NCBI GenBank assembly: GCA_041640855.1
Contig: JBEPZK010000002.1
Location: 24,964-88,963, forward strand
Direction of reading: 5' to 3'
DNA length: 64,000 nt
DNA from: Candidatus Kryptoniota bacterium
GTDB taxonomy: Bacteria > Bacteroidota > Ignavibacteria > Kryptoniales > Kryptoniaceae
Below the pieces are notes generated by a model. The model did not search any database, was not told the origin of the DNA, and was given only the letters and a program-made list of their open reading frames with translations. Numbering within the stretch: position 1 is the stretch's first letter; each line of letters opens with the position of its first letter. Both the position numbers and the translations under genes were made by a program. Of the stretch, positions 10,401-20,012 are shown piece after piece.

Positions 10401-11080
10401 AAAGTGAAGTCTTAGAAAATATCAAAGGTGGTTTGATTGTTTCATGCCAACCTGACGAATATGGACTTTTTTCAAAGGTTGAATGCATAGTTGAATTTGC
10501 CCGTGCATCTGAACTTGGTGGGGCGGTTGGAATTCGAACTGAGGGGTTTGAAAGTATCAAAGCGGTGAAAAATGCGGTTAAAATCCCTGTCATCGGTTTA
10601 ATCAAAGGGAAACGAATAGATGGAACTGTAGTTATAACTCCGGATCTTGAATCTGTGGAAAAAATTGTGCAAGCAGGAGCAGATATAATTGCAATTGAAG
10701 TTACGAAGCAAGAGGGAAGATTTAAGCTTTTTAAAGATGTGCGAAATAACTTTAAAAACTCAATTTTAATGGCTGACATTTCAACTTACGAAGAGGGCAT
10801 TAAGGCTTGCGAACTCGGTGCTGATTTAATCGCTACGACTTTATCAGGTTATACTCCATATACCGCTAATTCACTTAACAAATATGAGCCTGATTTTAAA
10901 CTTGTTGAAATGCTTGCAAAAGAAGTAAATGTTCCAATTATTGCGGAAGGTCGGATATGGACGGTTGAACAAGTTAAAAAAATGTTCGACCTTGGTGCAT
11001 ATGCGGTTGTAGTCGGGTCGGCGATAACAAGACCAAGGTTAATCGTTCAAAGATTTGTGGAAGCGATATCAAAAAGATAA
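10397..11080 (+). CDS. nanE: N-acetylmannosamine-6-phosphate 2-epimerase
   Basis: GLIVSCQ, GIRTEG, PVIGLIK (Schiff-base Lys), TTLSGYT, AEGRI and VVVGSAITRP; TTG start overlapping the upstream stop. Confidence 0.9.
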   Translation: MKSEVLENIKGGLIVSCQPDEYGLFSKVECIVEFARASELGGAVGIRTEGFESIKAVKNAVKIPVIGLIKGKRIDGTVVITPDLESVEKIVQAGADIIAIEVTKQEGRFKLFKDVRNNFKNSILMADISTYEEGIKACELGADLIATTLSGYTPYTANSLNKYEPDFKLVEMLAKEVNVPIIAEGRIWTVEQVKKMFDLGAYAVVVGSAITRPRLIVQRFVEAISKR

Positions 11081-11088
11081 AAGAAAAA

Positions 11089-12447
11089 ATGTCCAAATTT
11101 TTGAGGAATATTAAGGACATTGGCGAATTCGATGTGGTAGTGGCGGGAGCTGGAATAGCCGGTGTTTGTGCTTCAATAGCATCATCAAGAGAAGGTGCGA
11201 AGACGGTTTTAATTGACAAATATGGTTTTTTCGGTGGGATGTCAACCGCTGGGCTTGTTTCTCCATTTATGAAATATTGGATAATTGATGAATTTGATGG
11301 AAGGGTTAAACCATTAGTGGGTGGCGTTTTCGAGGAGATAACAAGGCGGATGGAGCAAATTGGCGGAATGATAGATAACGGCTTCAGTGCGTGGGCTTTT
11401 AGAAAGGTTGTAAATGAATTGCTTTGTGAATCAGGAGTTAAAACTTTAAGACATACGATGGTTTTTGGAGTTGAATTTGATAGAGTTGATAAAAGAAAAA
11501 GAATCACATCGTTAATTTTAAATCGAGATTCCGATTTTTATCGCGTGCATGGTAAGGTGTTTATCGACACAACTGGGGATGCGGACATCGTTTATTTAGC
11601 AAATGCGGGTTGGATGAAGGGTGATGAAAAAACGGGATTAACTCAAGCGATGACTTTGTTTTTCAGAGTTGGCGGAATTGACGTTAAAAAGGCGGTTGAA
11701 TTTGTAAGACAAAACCCAGAACAATTTTATTCTTGGTCGACGAGTGAATATATCCCAGGGAGAATTGTCTCAATTGCTGGATATTTTGACCTTGTGAAGG
11801 AAGGGAAGGAGAAAGGAATACTTCCAGAAGAGATCCAGTACATATTTTTTACAACTTTACCTGAAGAAGGAGAGGCTTCGTTTAACACGACAAATATCCT
11901 TGGGCTTGATGCTACAAGTTCATTTGATTTAACAAAGGCGGAGATAACAGGAAGATTGCAGATGTGGATGGTTTATAACTTTTTAAAGCAAAGGATTCCG
12001 GGATTTGAAAATTCATATTTGATTGAATCCGGAATCCAAGTCGGGGTTAGGGAGACAAGAAGAGCGATTGGTGAATATATTGTAACAGGTGAAGATGTTT
12101 TGAGCGGACGTAAATTTGAAGATGCAATTGCCCGAGCTTGTTATGGAATCGATATTCATGGTCAAAGAGGCGAATCATCAAGATTAGAGCATCTCTCAGA
12201 AGGACAATACTATGAAATTCCGTTAAGGGCTTTGATAGTTAAAAAAGCACATAATTTGCTTGTTGCTGGAAGATGTATATCGTCAACTAGGGAAGGACAT
12301 TCTGCTCTAAGGATACAGGCAACATCAGCTGCAACAGGTGAGGCAGCAGGCGTCGTTGCTGGATTATCAATAGCATATGATGGAAACGTTAGAAGTGTAC
12401 CATACCAAGTTATAAAAGAGAAATTAAAAGCACGTGGAAACATTTAA
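11089..12447 (+). CDS. FAD-dependent oxidoreductase (PF12831-like)
   Basis: VAGAGIAG, GGMSTAGLV, DTTGDAD, GVRETRR, YGIDIH and LLVAGRCISS motifs. Confidence 0.88.
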   Translation: MSKFLRNIKDIGEFDVVVAGAGIAGVCASIASSREGAKTVLIDKYGFFGGMSTAGLVSPFMKYWIIDEFDGRVKPLVGGVFEEITRRMEQIGGMIDNGFSAWAFRKVVNELLCESGVKTLRHTMVFGVEFDRVDKRKRITSLILNRDSDFYRVHGKVFIDTTGDADIVYLANAGWMKGDEKTGLTQAMTLFFRVGGIDVKKAVEFVRQNPEQFYSWSTSEYIPGRIVSIAGYFDLVKEGKEKGILPEEIQYIFFTTLPEEGEASFNTTNILGLDATSSFDLTKAEITGRLQMWMVYNFLKQRIPGFENSYLIESGIQVGVRETRRAIGEYIVTGEDVLSGRKFEDAIARACYGIDIHGQRGESSRLEHLSEGQYYEIPLRALIVKKAHNLLVAGRCISSTREGHSALRIQATSAATGEAAGVVAGLSIAYDGNVRSVPYQVIKEKLKARGNI

Positions 12448-12468
12448 AAACAAAATGGGACACAAATT

Positions 12469-13476
12469 ATGAAGAAAAAAATCAACGCAGTTCAATTTGG
12501 ACTCGGTCCGATAGGACAATTATGTGCTAAAACGATTTTGCAAAAACATTCAGACAGAATTAATCTTGTAGGAGCCATCGATATAGCTCCATCGAAGGTT
12601 GGAAAAGACCTTGGGGATTTGCTTGGGATTGAGAAAACGGGGATAATAGTTGAGGATAATATTAAAAAGGTTTTAAAAAAGCATAAGGTTGACGTCGTGT
12701 TTCATACCACGACTTCATTTATGAGCGATGTCAAGGAACAGTTAGCTGAGCTCATTAAGATGAAATTAAATATAGTGTCATCAACAGAGGAACTTTTCTT
12801 CCCCTGGTTCAGGAATGGTCAAATAGCCCAGGAAATTGATAATCTTGCAAAGAAATTTAAAGTTAGGGTTCTCGGAACTGGTGTTAACCCGGGATTTGTT
12901 ATGGATGTTCTCCCAGCGGTGTTAACTCAAGTTTGCACAAGTGTAAAGAAGATAAGGGTTGAAAGAGTCGTGAACGCTTCGAAAAGGAGATTGCCACTAC
13001 AACTTAAAATAGGAGCTGGGTTGAAAGTAGGGGATTTCAAAGCAAAGAAAGAAACGGGCAGATTTGGTCATATCGGACTTGTTGAATCATTGCAATTTCT
13101 GGCGTATATTCTAGGTATAGAACTTGATGAGGTGAAGGAAGACTTGAAGCCTATAGTCACGAAGAAAACTGTTAAGACAGAGCATTTGATTGTTCAAAAA
13201 GGAAAGGTTGCTGGAATTCATCATACCGCGGTCGGAATTAAAGATGGCAACGAAGTTATAACCCTTGATTTAAAGATGTATGTTGGCGATCATAAAGATT
13301 ATGACGCAGTTTATATCGATGGAGAACCTCCGATAAAGATGAAAATTTTAAATGGAGTCTTTGGTGATATTGCAACTGTTGGAAGTTTGATAAATTGTGC
13401 TTATTTGATATTCAATTCTAAACCTGGTCTTTTGACCATGGCGGATATTGGTTTACCTCATGGATTTTTAAAATAA
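12469..13476 (+). CDS. NAD(P)H-dependent amine dehydrogenase / 2,4-diaminopentanoate dehydrogenase-like protein
   Basis: FGLGPIG Rossmann motif, SSTEELFFP, GTGVNPGFVMD, GHIGLVES and GDIAT. Confidence 0.72.
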   Translation: MKKKINAVQFGLGPIGQLCAKTILQKHSDRINLVGAIDIAPSKVGKDLGDLLGIEKTGIIVEDNIKKVLKKHKVDVVFHTTTSFMSDVKEQLAELIKMKLNIVSSTEELFFPWFRNGQIAQEIDNLAKKFKVRVLGTGVNPGFVMDVLPAVLTQVCTSVKKIRVERVVNASKRRLPLQLKIGAGLKVGDFKAKKETGRFGHIGLVESLQFLAYILGIELDEVKEDLKPIVTKKTVKTEHLIVQKGKVAGIHHTAVGIKDGNEVITLDLKMYVGDHKDYDAVYIDGEPPIKMKILNGVFGDIATVGSLINCAYLIFNSKPGLLTMADIGLPHGFLK

Positions 13477-13485
13477 AGTTGGTTT

Positions 13486-14445
13486 GTGAAGTTGAGTTAT
13501 AAGTTTATACTTTCAAAATGGCTTGCGCTTGGGAATGATTTAAAGGCACATATAGTTTTGAATCCCTATGCGGGGCGATGGAAAGGCGCGAAGTTGTATC
13601 ACAAAATCATGAAATATGCAAAACTTTTAAGGCAACTTGAAAAGTTTCAATTAACAACTGCTCCGGGTGAAGCTATCAAAATAGCTCGGGAAACAACCGC
13701 AGAACTTGTCGTAGCAGCTGGTGGAGATGGAACTATAAACGAGGTTGTGAATGGAATTTTGCAAAGTGGTTCTGAAAAATTGCTTGGCGTAATACCAATT
13801 GGCTCTGGAAATGATTTCGCTAAGATGTTAAATTTGAAGCCGTTCAAAATCAAGCTCGCACTTGAATCGATCAAGAAAAGAAAAGTTGTGACATCAGATG
13901 CAGGTTTAATTCAATTTTTGACTTCGGATGGGAAGTTAGGGGAGAGATTTTTTATAAATGGAGTTGGAATTGGTTTTGATGCAATGACCGCGGATGAGAG
14001 CAGAAAGATAAAGCATTTACGCGGTATCCCGCTTTATTTGTTTGCGCTTTTAAAAACGCTTTCGAAATATGAAAGCCCGGAGATGGAAGTTTATATCGAT
14101 GGTAAATTGATAAAAGATAAAATTTTTCTCATCGCAATTGGCAATGGTGCATCAGCAGGTGGAGGTTTTCTTTTAACCCCACATGCTAAAATTGACGATG
14201 CTCTGCTTGATGTCTGCGTAGTTAATGACCTATCGATTTTCAGAGTTTTCCAGGTTATTCCAACTGTTTTAAAGGGAAAGCATACCCATTATCCGGAAGT
14301 TCGAATGTTCAAAGCAAAAGAGATAGAAGTTCGTTCAAATTCAAACTTGACAATGCATGCAGATGGTGAAATACTTGGAACATCATTGCGATGGATTAAA
14401 GTTTCAATAATTCCTTCAGCAGTTGAAGTTATCTCAAACATATAG
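13486..14445 (+). CDS. Diacylglycerol kinase-family lipid kinase (YegS/BmrU-like)
   Basis: NPYAG, GGDGTINEV, PIGSGNDFA, GIGFDA and ADGE motifs. Confidence 0.9.
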   Translation: MKLSYKFILSKWLALGNDLKAHIVLNPYAGRWKGAKLYHKIMKYAKLLRQLEKFQLTTAPGEAIKIARETTAELVVAAGGDGTINEVVNGILQSGSEKLLGVIPIGSGNDFAKMLNLKPFKIKLALESIKKRKVVTSDAGLIQFLTSDGKLGERFFINGVGIGFDAMTADESRKIKHLRGIPLYLFALLKTLSKYESPEMEVYIDGKLIKDKIFLIAIGNGASAGGGFLLTPHAKIDDALLDVCVVNDLSIFRVFQVIPTVLKGKHTHYPEVRMFKAKEIEVRSNSNLTMHADGEILGTSLRWIKVSIIPSAVEVISNI

Positions 14446-14455
14446 GGGAATAAAC

Positions 14456-16912
14456 GTGAAAATTTTAAAAGTAAATAAATACGGCTATTTCACTGAAGAT
14501 GGAAAAGAATTTGTGATAACAGAACCTAAAACTCCAGCACCATGGATGAACTACATTTGGAATGGTAAATGGGCTGGCCTTGTGAGCCACACCGGTGGCG
14601 GATATAGTTTCTACATTACACCAAGAGATAATCGCTTGACAAGATATAGATATAACTGCTTGCCCTGGGACCAACCTGGCAGATATGTCTATGTCAGAGA
14701 TAGAAAAATTGGAAAATACTTTTCCCTGAGTTGGTCTCCAACCGTTGATTTAACTTATGATTTCTATGAATGCAGGCATGGACTTGGGTACACTAAGATA
14801 ACGACGGAGAACTTTGGAATAAGAGGAGAAATCACATATTTTGTCCCGATTGATTTAGACGCCGAGATTTGGCTGATCAAGTTAAAAAACTTAACAAAAG
14901 AAAGAGTAGAGTTAGATGTTTTCGCCTACATCGAACTTGTGATGGGGAACGCGCTAAATGACCTTATAAACCAACCGAATGACAAACATTTTCCCGATGT
15001 CTATTTTGACAAGAAATTGAACTCAATTGTTGCCACGAGAAGATATTGGGTTACAAACAAAGGTGTAAGTGTCGCTCAACCAAATCATGCTTGGCCATAT
15101 TATTTGCTTTTTTCAACATCGCTTGATGTGAAGGGTTTTGATGGAGATAAAGAAACTTTCATTGGAAGATGGAGAGGCAATGCAAATCCAGAAGCAGTGG
15201 AGCGAGGACAATGTTTCAACACTGAAATAACCGCTGGCGATCCATGCGCTGTACTTCAAACCGAGGTAGAACTTGAACCTGGGGATGAAAAAGAGTTTGC
15301 CTTCTTTATGTTTCTTGTCGATAAACCATCTTTGCACACGAATGAAAGACTGAAAGACCGCTCAAGGTCTTTTAACAAAGCTGTGGAACTCTTAAGGAAT
15401 CTTCGCAATGTCGAATTTATTAAGGAAAAATTTTCGACATTGAAAGAATATTGGGAAAATTATTTGCAAACTCTACAGGTTGATACGCCAGATGATAAAT
15501 TAAATCTTTTTATCAATGTATGGAACCGATATCAGATTGCGGTTACATTTGATATGTCGCGCAATGCCGGATATTATCACGGAGGTTTATTGTTTGGAAC
15601 AGGAATTCGAGACCAAATGCAGGATATTTTTGGAGAGTTAATTGCAAATCCGAAAAGGGTAAGAGATAGATTGCTTGAAGTTTGTTCTTACCAATTTAAA
15701 GACGGTAGCATGCTACATAACTTTTTCAGGATTTCAAAAACGGGAGAGAAAACTGGACATTGTGATACGCCTTTGTGGTTACCATTTGGAATTTTTGTCT
15801 ATCTTAAGGAAACTGGCGACTTTAAAATTTTAAATGAAAAAGTTGAATATTATGATGGTGGCAAAGGAACGGTTTTACAGCATTTGTTGAAAGCGATCGA
15901 TTATTCGCTTGGAAATCTCGGGAAGCACGGTTTGCTTAAGTTTGGGCGTGGTGATTGGAATGATACTCTCGATTATGTCGGACTTAAAGGGAAAGGTGAA
16001 ACAGTTTGGGGTTCGGAATTTCTTGCATATATTTTAAGAGAAGCTGTTGAACTGTTCAATTACCTCGGGCTTAAAAGATATGTTAAACGATATTCTGAAG
16101 AATATCTAAAAATTGCAGAAAATTTAAACAAATTTTGTTGGGACGGCAAGTGGTATATAAGAGGTTTTAAAGATGATGGATCCCCTTTTGGTTCTTCAAA
16201 AAATAAAGAAGGTAAAATTTTTGCAAACCCTCAATCATGGGCTGTGATAAGTGGGATAGCAGATGAAGAAAGAACGCGTATTTGTCTTGATTCAATAAAA
16301 AAATATCTCGATACGCCAAAAGGACCTAAAATTTTGCATCCTCCATTTACAAAAGTTGACCCAACAATCGGACTTGCCACGAGATGTGTTCCTGGGAAAA
16401 AAGAAAATGGAGCAATTTTTAATCATGTAGCAAGTTGGGTTTTCCTTGCTGAGTTAATTGCTGGTAATGCAGAAAGAGCATACAAAATTTATCATGCTAC
16501 GCTTCCGATAAATAATGCGGTTGACGCGGATATTTACAAAATGGAACCGTATGTTTATTCAGAATATATAACAAGTCCGGACCACCCAACCTTTGGAGAA
16601 GCAAGTCATTCTTGGTTAACTGGCTCATCTGATTGGTTTTTCAAAAGCGTCGTTGAATATATGTTAGGAGTTAGACCAACATATGGAGGATTGATGCTCG
16701 ATCCGTGTGTTCCATCCGAGTGGAAAAGTTTTAAAATTACAAGATTATATAGAGGGGTCAGATATGAAATTGAGTTTTTAAACCCTGATGGAGTTAATAA
16801 AGGTGTAAAGGAGATATGGGTCGATGGACAGAAATATGATAAGCATATTCTCCCAATTCCAAGGAAGGGAAGCATTTGTAAGGTTAAAGTTATAATGGGA
16901 AATAAAAACTGA
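14456..16912 (+). CDS. GH94 glycoside phosphorylase (cellobiose/chitobiose phosphorylase-like)
   Basis: TPAPWMNY, GRYVYVRD, CRHGLGYT, RDQMQD, catalytic GDWND, WDGKWYIRGF, ENGAIF and SWLTGS. Start moved to GTG 14456, which follows AGGGGAA. Confidence 0.88.
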   Translation: MKILKVNKYGYFTEDGKEFVITEPKTPAPWMNYIWNGKWAGLVSHTGGGYSFYITPRDNRLTRYRYNCLPWDQPGRYVYVRDRKIGKYFSLSWSPTVDLTYDFYECRHGLGYTKITTENFGIRGEITYFVPIDLDAEIWLIKLKNLTKERVELDVFAYIELVMGNALNDLINQPNDKHFPDVYFDKKLNSIVATRRYWVTNKGVSVAQPNHAWPYYLLFSTSLDVKGFDGDKETFIGRWRGNANPEAVERGQCFNTEITAGDPCAVLQTEVELEPGDEKEFAFFMFLVDKPSLHTNERLKDRSRSFNKAVELLRNLRNVEFIKEKFSTLKEYWENYLQTLQVDTPDDKLNLFINVWNRYQIAVTFDMSRNAGYYHGGLLFGTGIRDQMQDIFGELIANPKRVRDRLLEVCSYQFKDGSMLHNFFRISKTGEKTGHCDTPLWLPFGIFVYLKETGDFKILNEKVEYYDGGKGTVLQHLLKAIDYSLGNLGKHGLLKFGRGDWNDTLDYVGLKGKGETVWGSEFLAYILREAVELFNYLGLKRYVKRYSEEYLKIAENLNKFCWDGKWYIRGFKDDGSPFGSSKNKEGKIFANPQSWAVISGIADEERTRICLDSIKKYLDTPKGPKILHPPFTKVDPTIGLATRCVPGKKENGAIFNHVASWVFLAELIAGNAERAYKIYHATLPINNAVDADIYKMEPYVYSEYITSPDHPTFGEASHSWLTGSSDWFFKSVVEYMLGVRPTYGGLMLDPCVPSEWKSFKITRLYRGVRYEIEFLNPDGVNKGVKEIWVDGQKYDKHILPIPRKGSICKVKVIMGNKN

Positions 16913-16927
16913 AAAAAGAGAAACGCT

Positions 16928-17908
16928 ATGATTGCTGAAGATACAACAAAAGTTAAGCAAAACACCGAATCTGAGGCTGAGATGAAATCGCAAAATCTCA
17001 ATTTTAAAGCTGGATATGTTGCTATCGTTGGAGAGCCAAATGTTGGGAAGTCTACTTTGCTTAACACACTTCTTCAACATAAACTTTCAATCGTCACCCC
17101 AAAACCTCAAACAACAAGACACAAGATAATTGGAATAATGACAGGTGAAAATTATCAAATCGTCTTTCTCGATACGCCGGGTCTTATCAAGCCGAGGTAT
17201 CTATTGCAAGAAGTGATGATGGAATACGCTGAATCAGCCTTAAATGATGCGGATATAATTTTGTTTATGGTCGATGTTAAAAAGGTTAAAACAAATGAAG
17301 CTGTCTTGAAAACTCTTCCATTTGAAATTTTGAGAAAGTATGTCAATGATAAGCCGATAATCCTTGTTATAAACAAAGTTGACTTGATCAACAAACTTGA
17401 AGTTTTGCCGATGATCGATTTTTTCAGCAAAGCTTTTCCATTTAAGGAAATTGTTCCAATTTCCGCTTTAAAGGGACAAAATATCGATGAGTTGAAGAAA
17501 GTTATAATCCAGTATTTACCTGTTCATCCGCCATTTTATCCACCTGATATGATAACCGAACATCCGGAGAGATTTTTCGTCGCTGAGATAATTCGTGAAA
17601 AGATTTTTCAATTTTATAGACAGGAAATACCGTATTCGACAACGGTTTCAATAGTTGAATTCAGAGAGGCTCAAAGTGAGGGCGAAAAAGATTATATCCG
17701 AGCTGAAATTTATGTTGAGAAGGAATCGCAAAAGGGAATTATAATCGGGAAAAATGGAGAAATGCTGAAAAAAATTGGCAAACTTGCGCGAGAGGAAATA
17801 GAATGGTTTCTTGGGAGAGAGGTTTATCTTGAACTTTATGTTAAAGCAAGAAAAAAATGGCGTGATAGCAAAGCGTGGCTGAAGAGGTTGGGCTATATAA
17901 CAGAATAA
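16928..17908 (+). CDS. era: GTPase Era
   Basis: GEPNVGKS, QTTR, DTPG, NKVD, EIPYS and the KH motif GIIIGKNG. Confidence 0.97.
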   Translation: MIAEDTTKVKQNTESEAEMKSQNLNFKAGYVAIVGEPNVGKSTLLNTLLQHKLSIVTPKPQTTRHKIIGIMTGENYQIVFLDTPGLIKPRYLLQEVMMEYAESALNDADIILFMVDVKKVKTNEAVLKTLPFEILRKYVNDKPIILVINKVDLINKLEVLPMIDFFSKAFPFKEIVPISALKGQNIDELKKVIIQYLPVHPPFYPPDMITEHPERFFVAEIIREKIFQFYRQEIPYSTTVSIVEFREAQSEGEKDYIRAEIYVEKESQKGIIIGKNGEMLKKIGKLAREEIEWFLGREVYLELYVKARKKWRDSKAWLKRLGYITE

Positions 17909-17923
17909 ATTTTGCAAGGTCAA

Positions 17924-19177
17924 ATGGCACAGATAAAACCTTTTAAAGGTTTGATTTACAACCCTGAACTCCCAATTGAAAAACTTGTTGCGCCACCGTA
18001 TGATGTAATTTCCGAAAGTGAAAGGGATGAATTATACGAACTTCATCCTTACAATATTATAAGGCTGATTTTAAACAGGGATGAAGACAGATACAAGAGC
18101 GCAAAACGTCATTTTGACGAATGGTTGAAAAATGGAATTTTAATCGAAAAAGAAAAAGAAGCTTTATATATTTATGAGCAAAATTTTGAAATAGATGGGG
18201 TTAAATACAATCGCATTGGGATTATATGCCTTATGAAACTTGAAGAGTTCGGAAAGGGGAAAATTTTTCCGCACGAGAAAACCTTCCCAAAGCCGAAAGA
18301 GGATAGGTTTAATCTTTTGAAAGAAACAAACGCACAATTTGACCATATCTTCGGGATTTATCCAGACCCAGAATTCAAAATTGAAAATCTAATCCTTAAT
18401 CTCAAACTTGAAAAACCTTTGTTCAATTTTGAGTTTCCATCGGGAAGCAACATCTGGCACAGGCTTTATGAGGTAACCGATAAAGATTTCATAGACCAAA
18501 CCATTTCAATTTTCAACGATTTTCCAGTTTTCATCGCGGACGGACATCATAGATACGAGGTTGGGTTGATGTTTAGAGATTATCTCGCATCGCTTTCGAA
18601 GGCGAAAGATGAACACAACTATATTCTAACTTATCTTACAAATATGGAATCTCAAGGTCTTGTCATCCTGCCAACTCATAGGGTTTTGCTTGGGATTGAA
18701 AAGAATGATTTGCGAGAAAGATTATCATCAGGGCGGTTAAAAGATTATTTTGAAATTTACGCAGCAGGTTCAATTGATGAACTTAAAAATCTTTTAAGAA
18801 AAATTGGCAAAGGTAGTTTCGGGATTTTTTTAGGGCATAGCAAATCATTTTTATTGAAAATAAAAGAGCAAGGTATTATAAATTCGCACTTGCCTTCAGA
18901 TATACCTGAGCCAGTTAAAAATCTTGATGTAACGATTTTGCATGAATTTATCTTTAGAATTTTTGAAATCGATTTGAGCAAAATTAAAATCACTTATACC
19001 CACGACTTTGAGAAGGCAATTGAACTTGCCGCCGAAGAAGATAAAGTCGCATTTTTACTTAACCCACCTTTGGTTTCGGATGTAAAAAATGTTTCTTTGT
19101 CCGGGGCAACAATGCCTCAAAAATCGACCTATTTTTATCCAAAGGTCTTATCCGGAATTGTTATGAGGAAATTTTGA
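17924..19177 (+). CDS. DUF1015 family protein
   Basis: APPYDVI, PHEKT, IADGHHRY, LPTHR and MPQKSTYFYPK. ATG 17924 preferred over TTG 17912. Confidence 0.9.
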   Translation: MAQIKPFKGLIYNPELPIEKLVAPPYDVISESERDELYELHPYNIIRLILNRDEDRYKSAKRHFDEWLKNGILIEKEKEALYIYEQNFEIDGVKYNRIGIICLMKLEEFGKGKIFPHEKTFPKPKEDRFNLLKETNAQFDHIFGIYPDPEFKIENLILNLKLEKPLFNFEFPSGSNIWHRLYEVTDKDFIDQTISIFNDFPVFIADGHHRYEVGLMFRDYLASLSKAKDEHNYILTYLTNMESQGLVILPTHRVLLGIEKNDLRERLSSGRLKDYFEIYAAGSIDELKNLLRKIGKGSFGIFLGHSKSFLLKIKEQGIINSHLPSDIPEPVKNLDVTILHEFIFRIFEIDLSKIKITYTHDFEKAIELAAEEDKVAFLLNPPLVSDVKNVSLSGATMPQKSTYFYPKVLSGIVMRKF

Positions 19178-19995
19178 TGAGAAGTCTGACTTTGAAAATA
19201 ATAGAAACGAAAACCGCGCTTTCAAAGTCAAGAATTCCAGGAATAGACTATACGATTAATCCGTATTTTGGATGTGAATTTGGTTGTTCATATTGTTATG
19301 CGGATTTTATGTCAAAGTTTTCGCGTGCTCGAAAGGAATTTCCAGAAAATTGCAGATGGGGCGAGTTCGTTGGAGTTAAAATTAACATCGCAGAAAGATT
19401 AAAAGCGGAAATTCTGAAACTTGAAAATAAGGTGTCCCTTCTTCAAGAAAATAGAAAAACAAAACCAAATGTCCACATCAGCATAGTCACAGACCCATAT
19501 CAACCGGTTGAGAAAAAATTTGAATTAACACGCAAATGTCTTGAGGTGCTTTTAAAGTTTCAATATCCGACTGTCATACTGACAAGGTCACCACTTGTTT
19601 TGAGAGATATCGATTTATTTGTAGGTTTTGAATCTCTTGAAGTTGGATTATCTATCACGACAGATAATGATAAAATCAGAAAAATTTTTGAGCCAAAAGC
19701 ACCATCGATAATAAGCAGGATAAAAACGCTTGAAAAGTTAAAGAAAAGCGGTATCAAGACGTTCGCGTTCATCGGGCCAATCTTACCAATGGATGCAGTA
19801 AACCTTGCAAGGCAAATAGATGGGCTTGTCGATTATGTTTTGATCGATAAAATGAATTACATCTGGAAAACGGAAAGAATCTATAAATTAAATTCTTTGG
19901 ATTTCGCCATTCGAGATGAATACTTTAACGCTGTGGCAGAAGAAATTTTAAATAAATTTTCGTCAAAAGGAATTGAAGTTGAAGTTTTGTTTTAA
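19174..19995 (+). CDS. Radical SAM protein, spore-photoproduct-lyase-like family
   Basis: INPYFGCEFGCSYCYA (CX3CX2C), TDPYQPVE, LTRSPLVLRDID and FEPKAP. Confidence 0.85.
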   Translation: MMRSLTLKIIETKTALSKSRIPGIDYTINPYFGCEFGCSYCYADFMSKFSRARKEFPENCRWGEFVGVKINIAERLKAEILKLENKVSLLQENRKTKPNVHISIVTDPYQPVEKKFELTRKCLEVLLKFQYPTVILTRSPLVLRDIDLFVGFESLEVGLSITTDNDKIRKIFEPKAPSIISRIKTLEKLKKSGIKTFAFIGPILPMDAVNLARQIDGLVDYVLIDKMNYIWKTERIYKLNSLDFAIRDEYFNAVAEEILNKFSSKGIEVEVLF

Positions 19996-20012
19996 AAACA
20001 AACATACAGACG

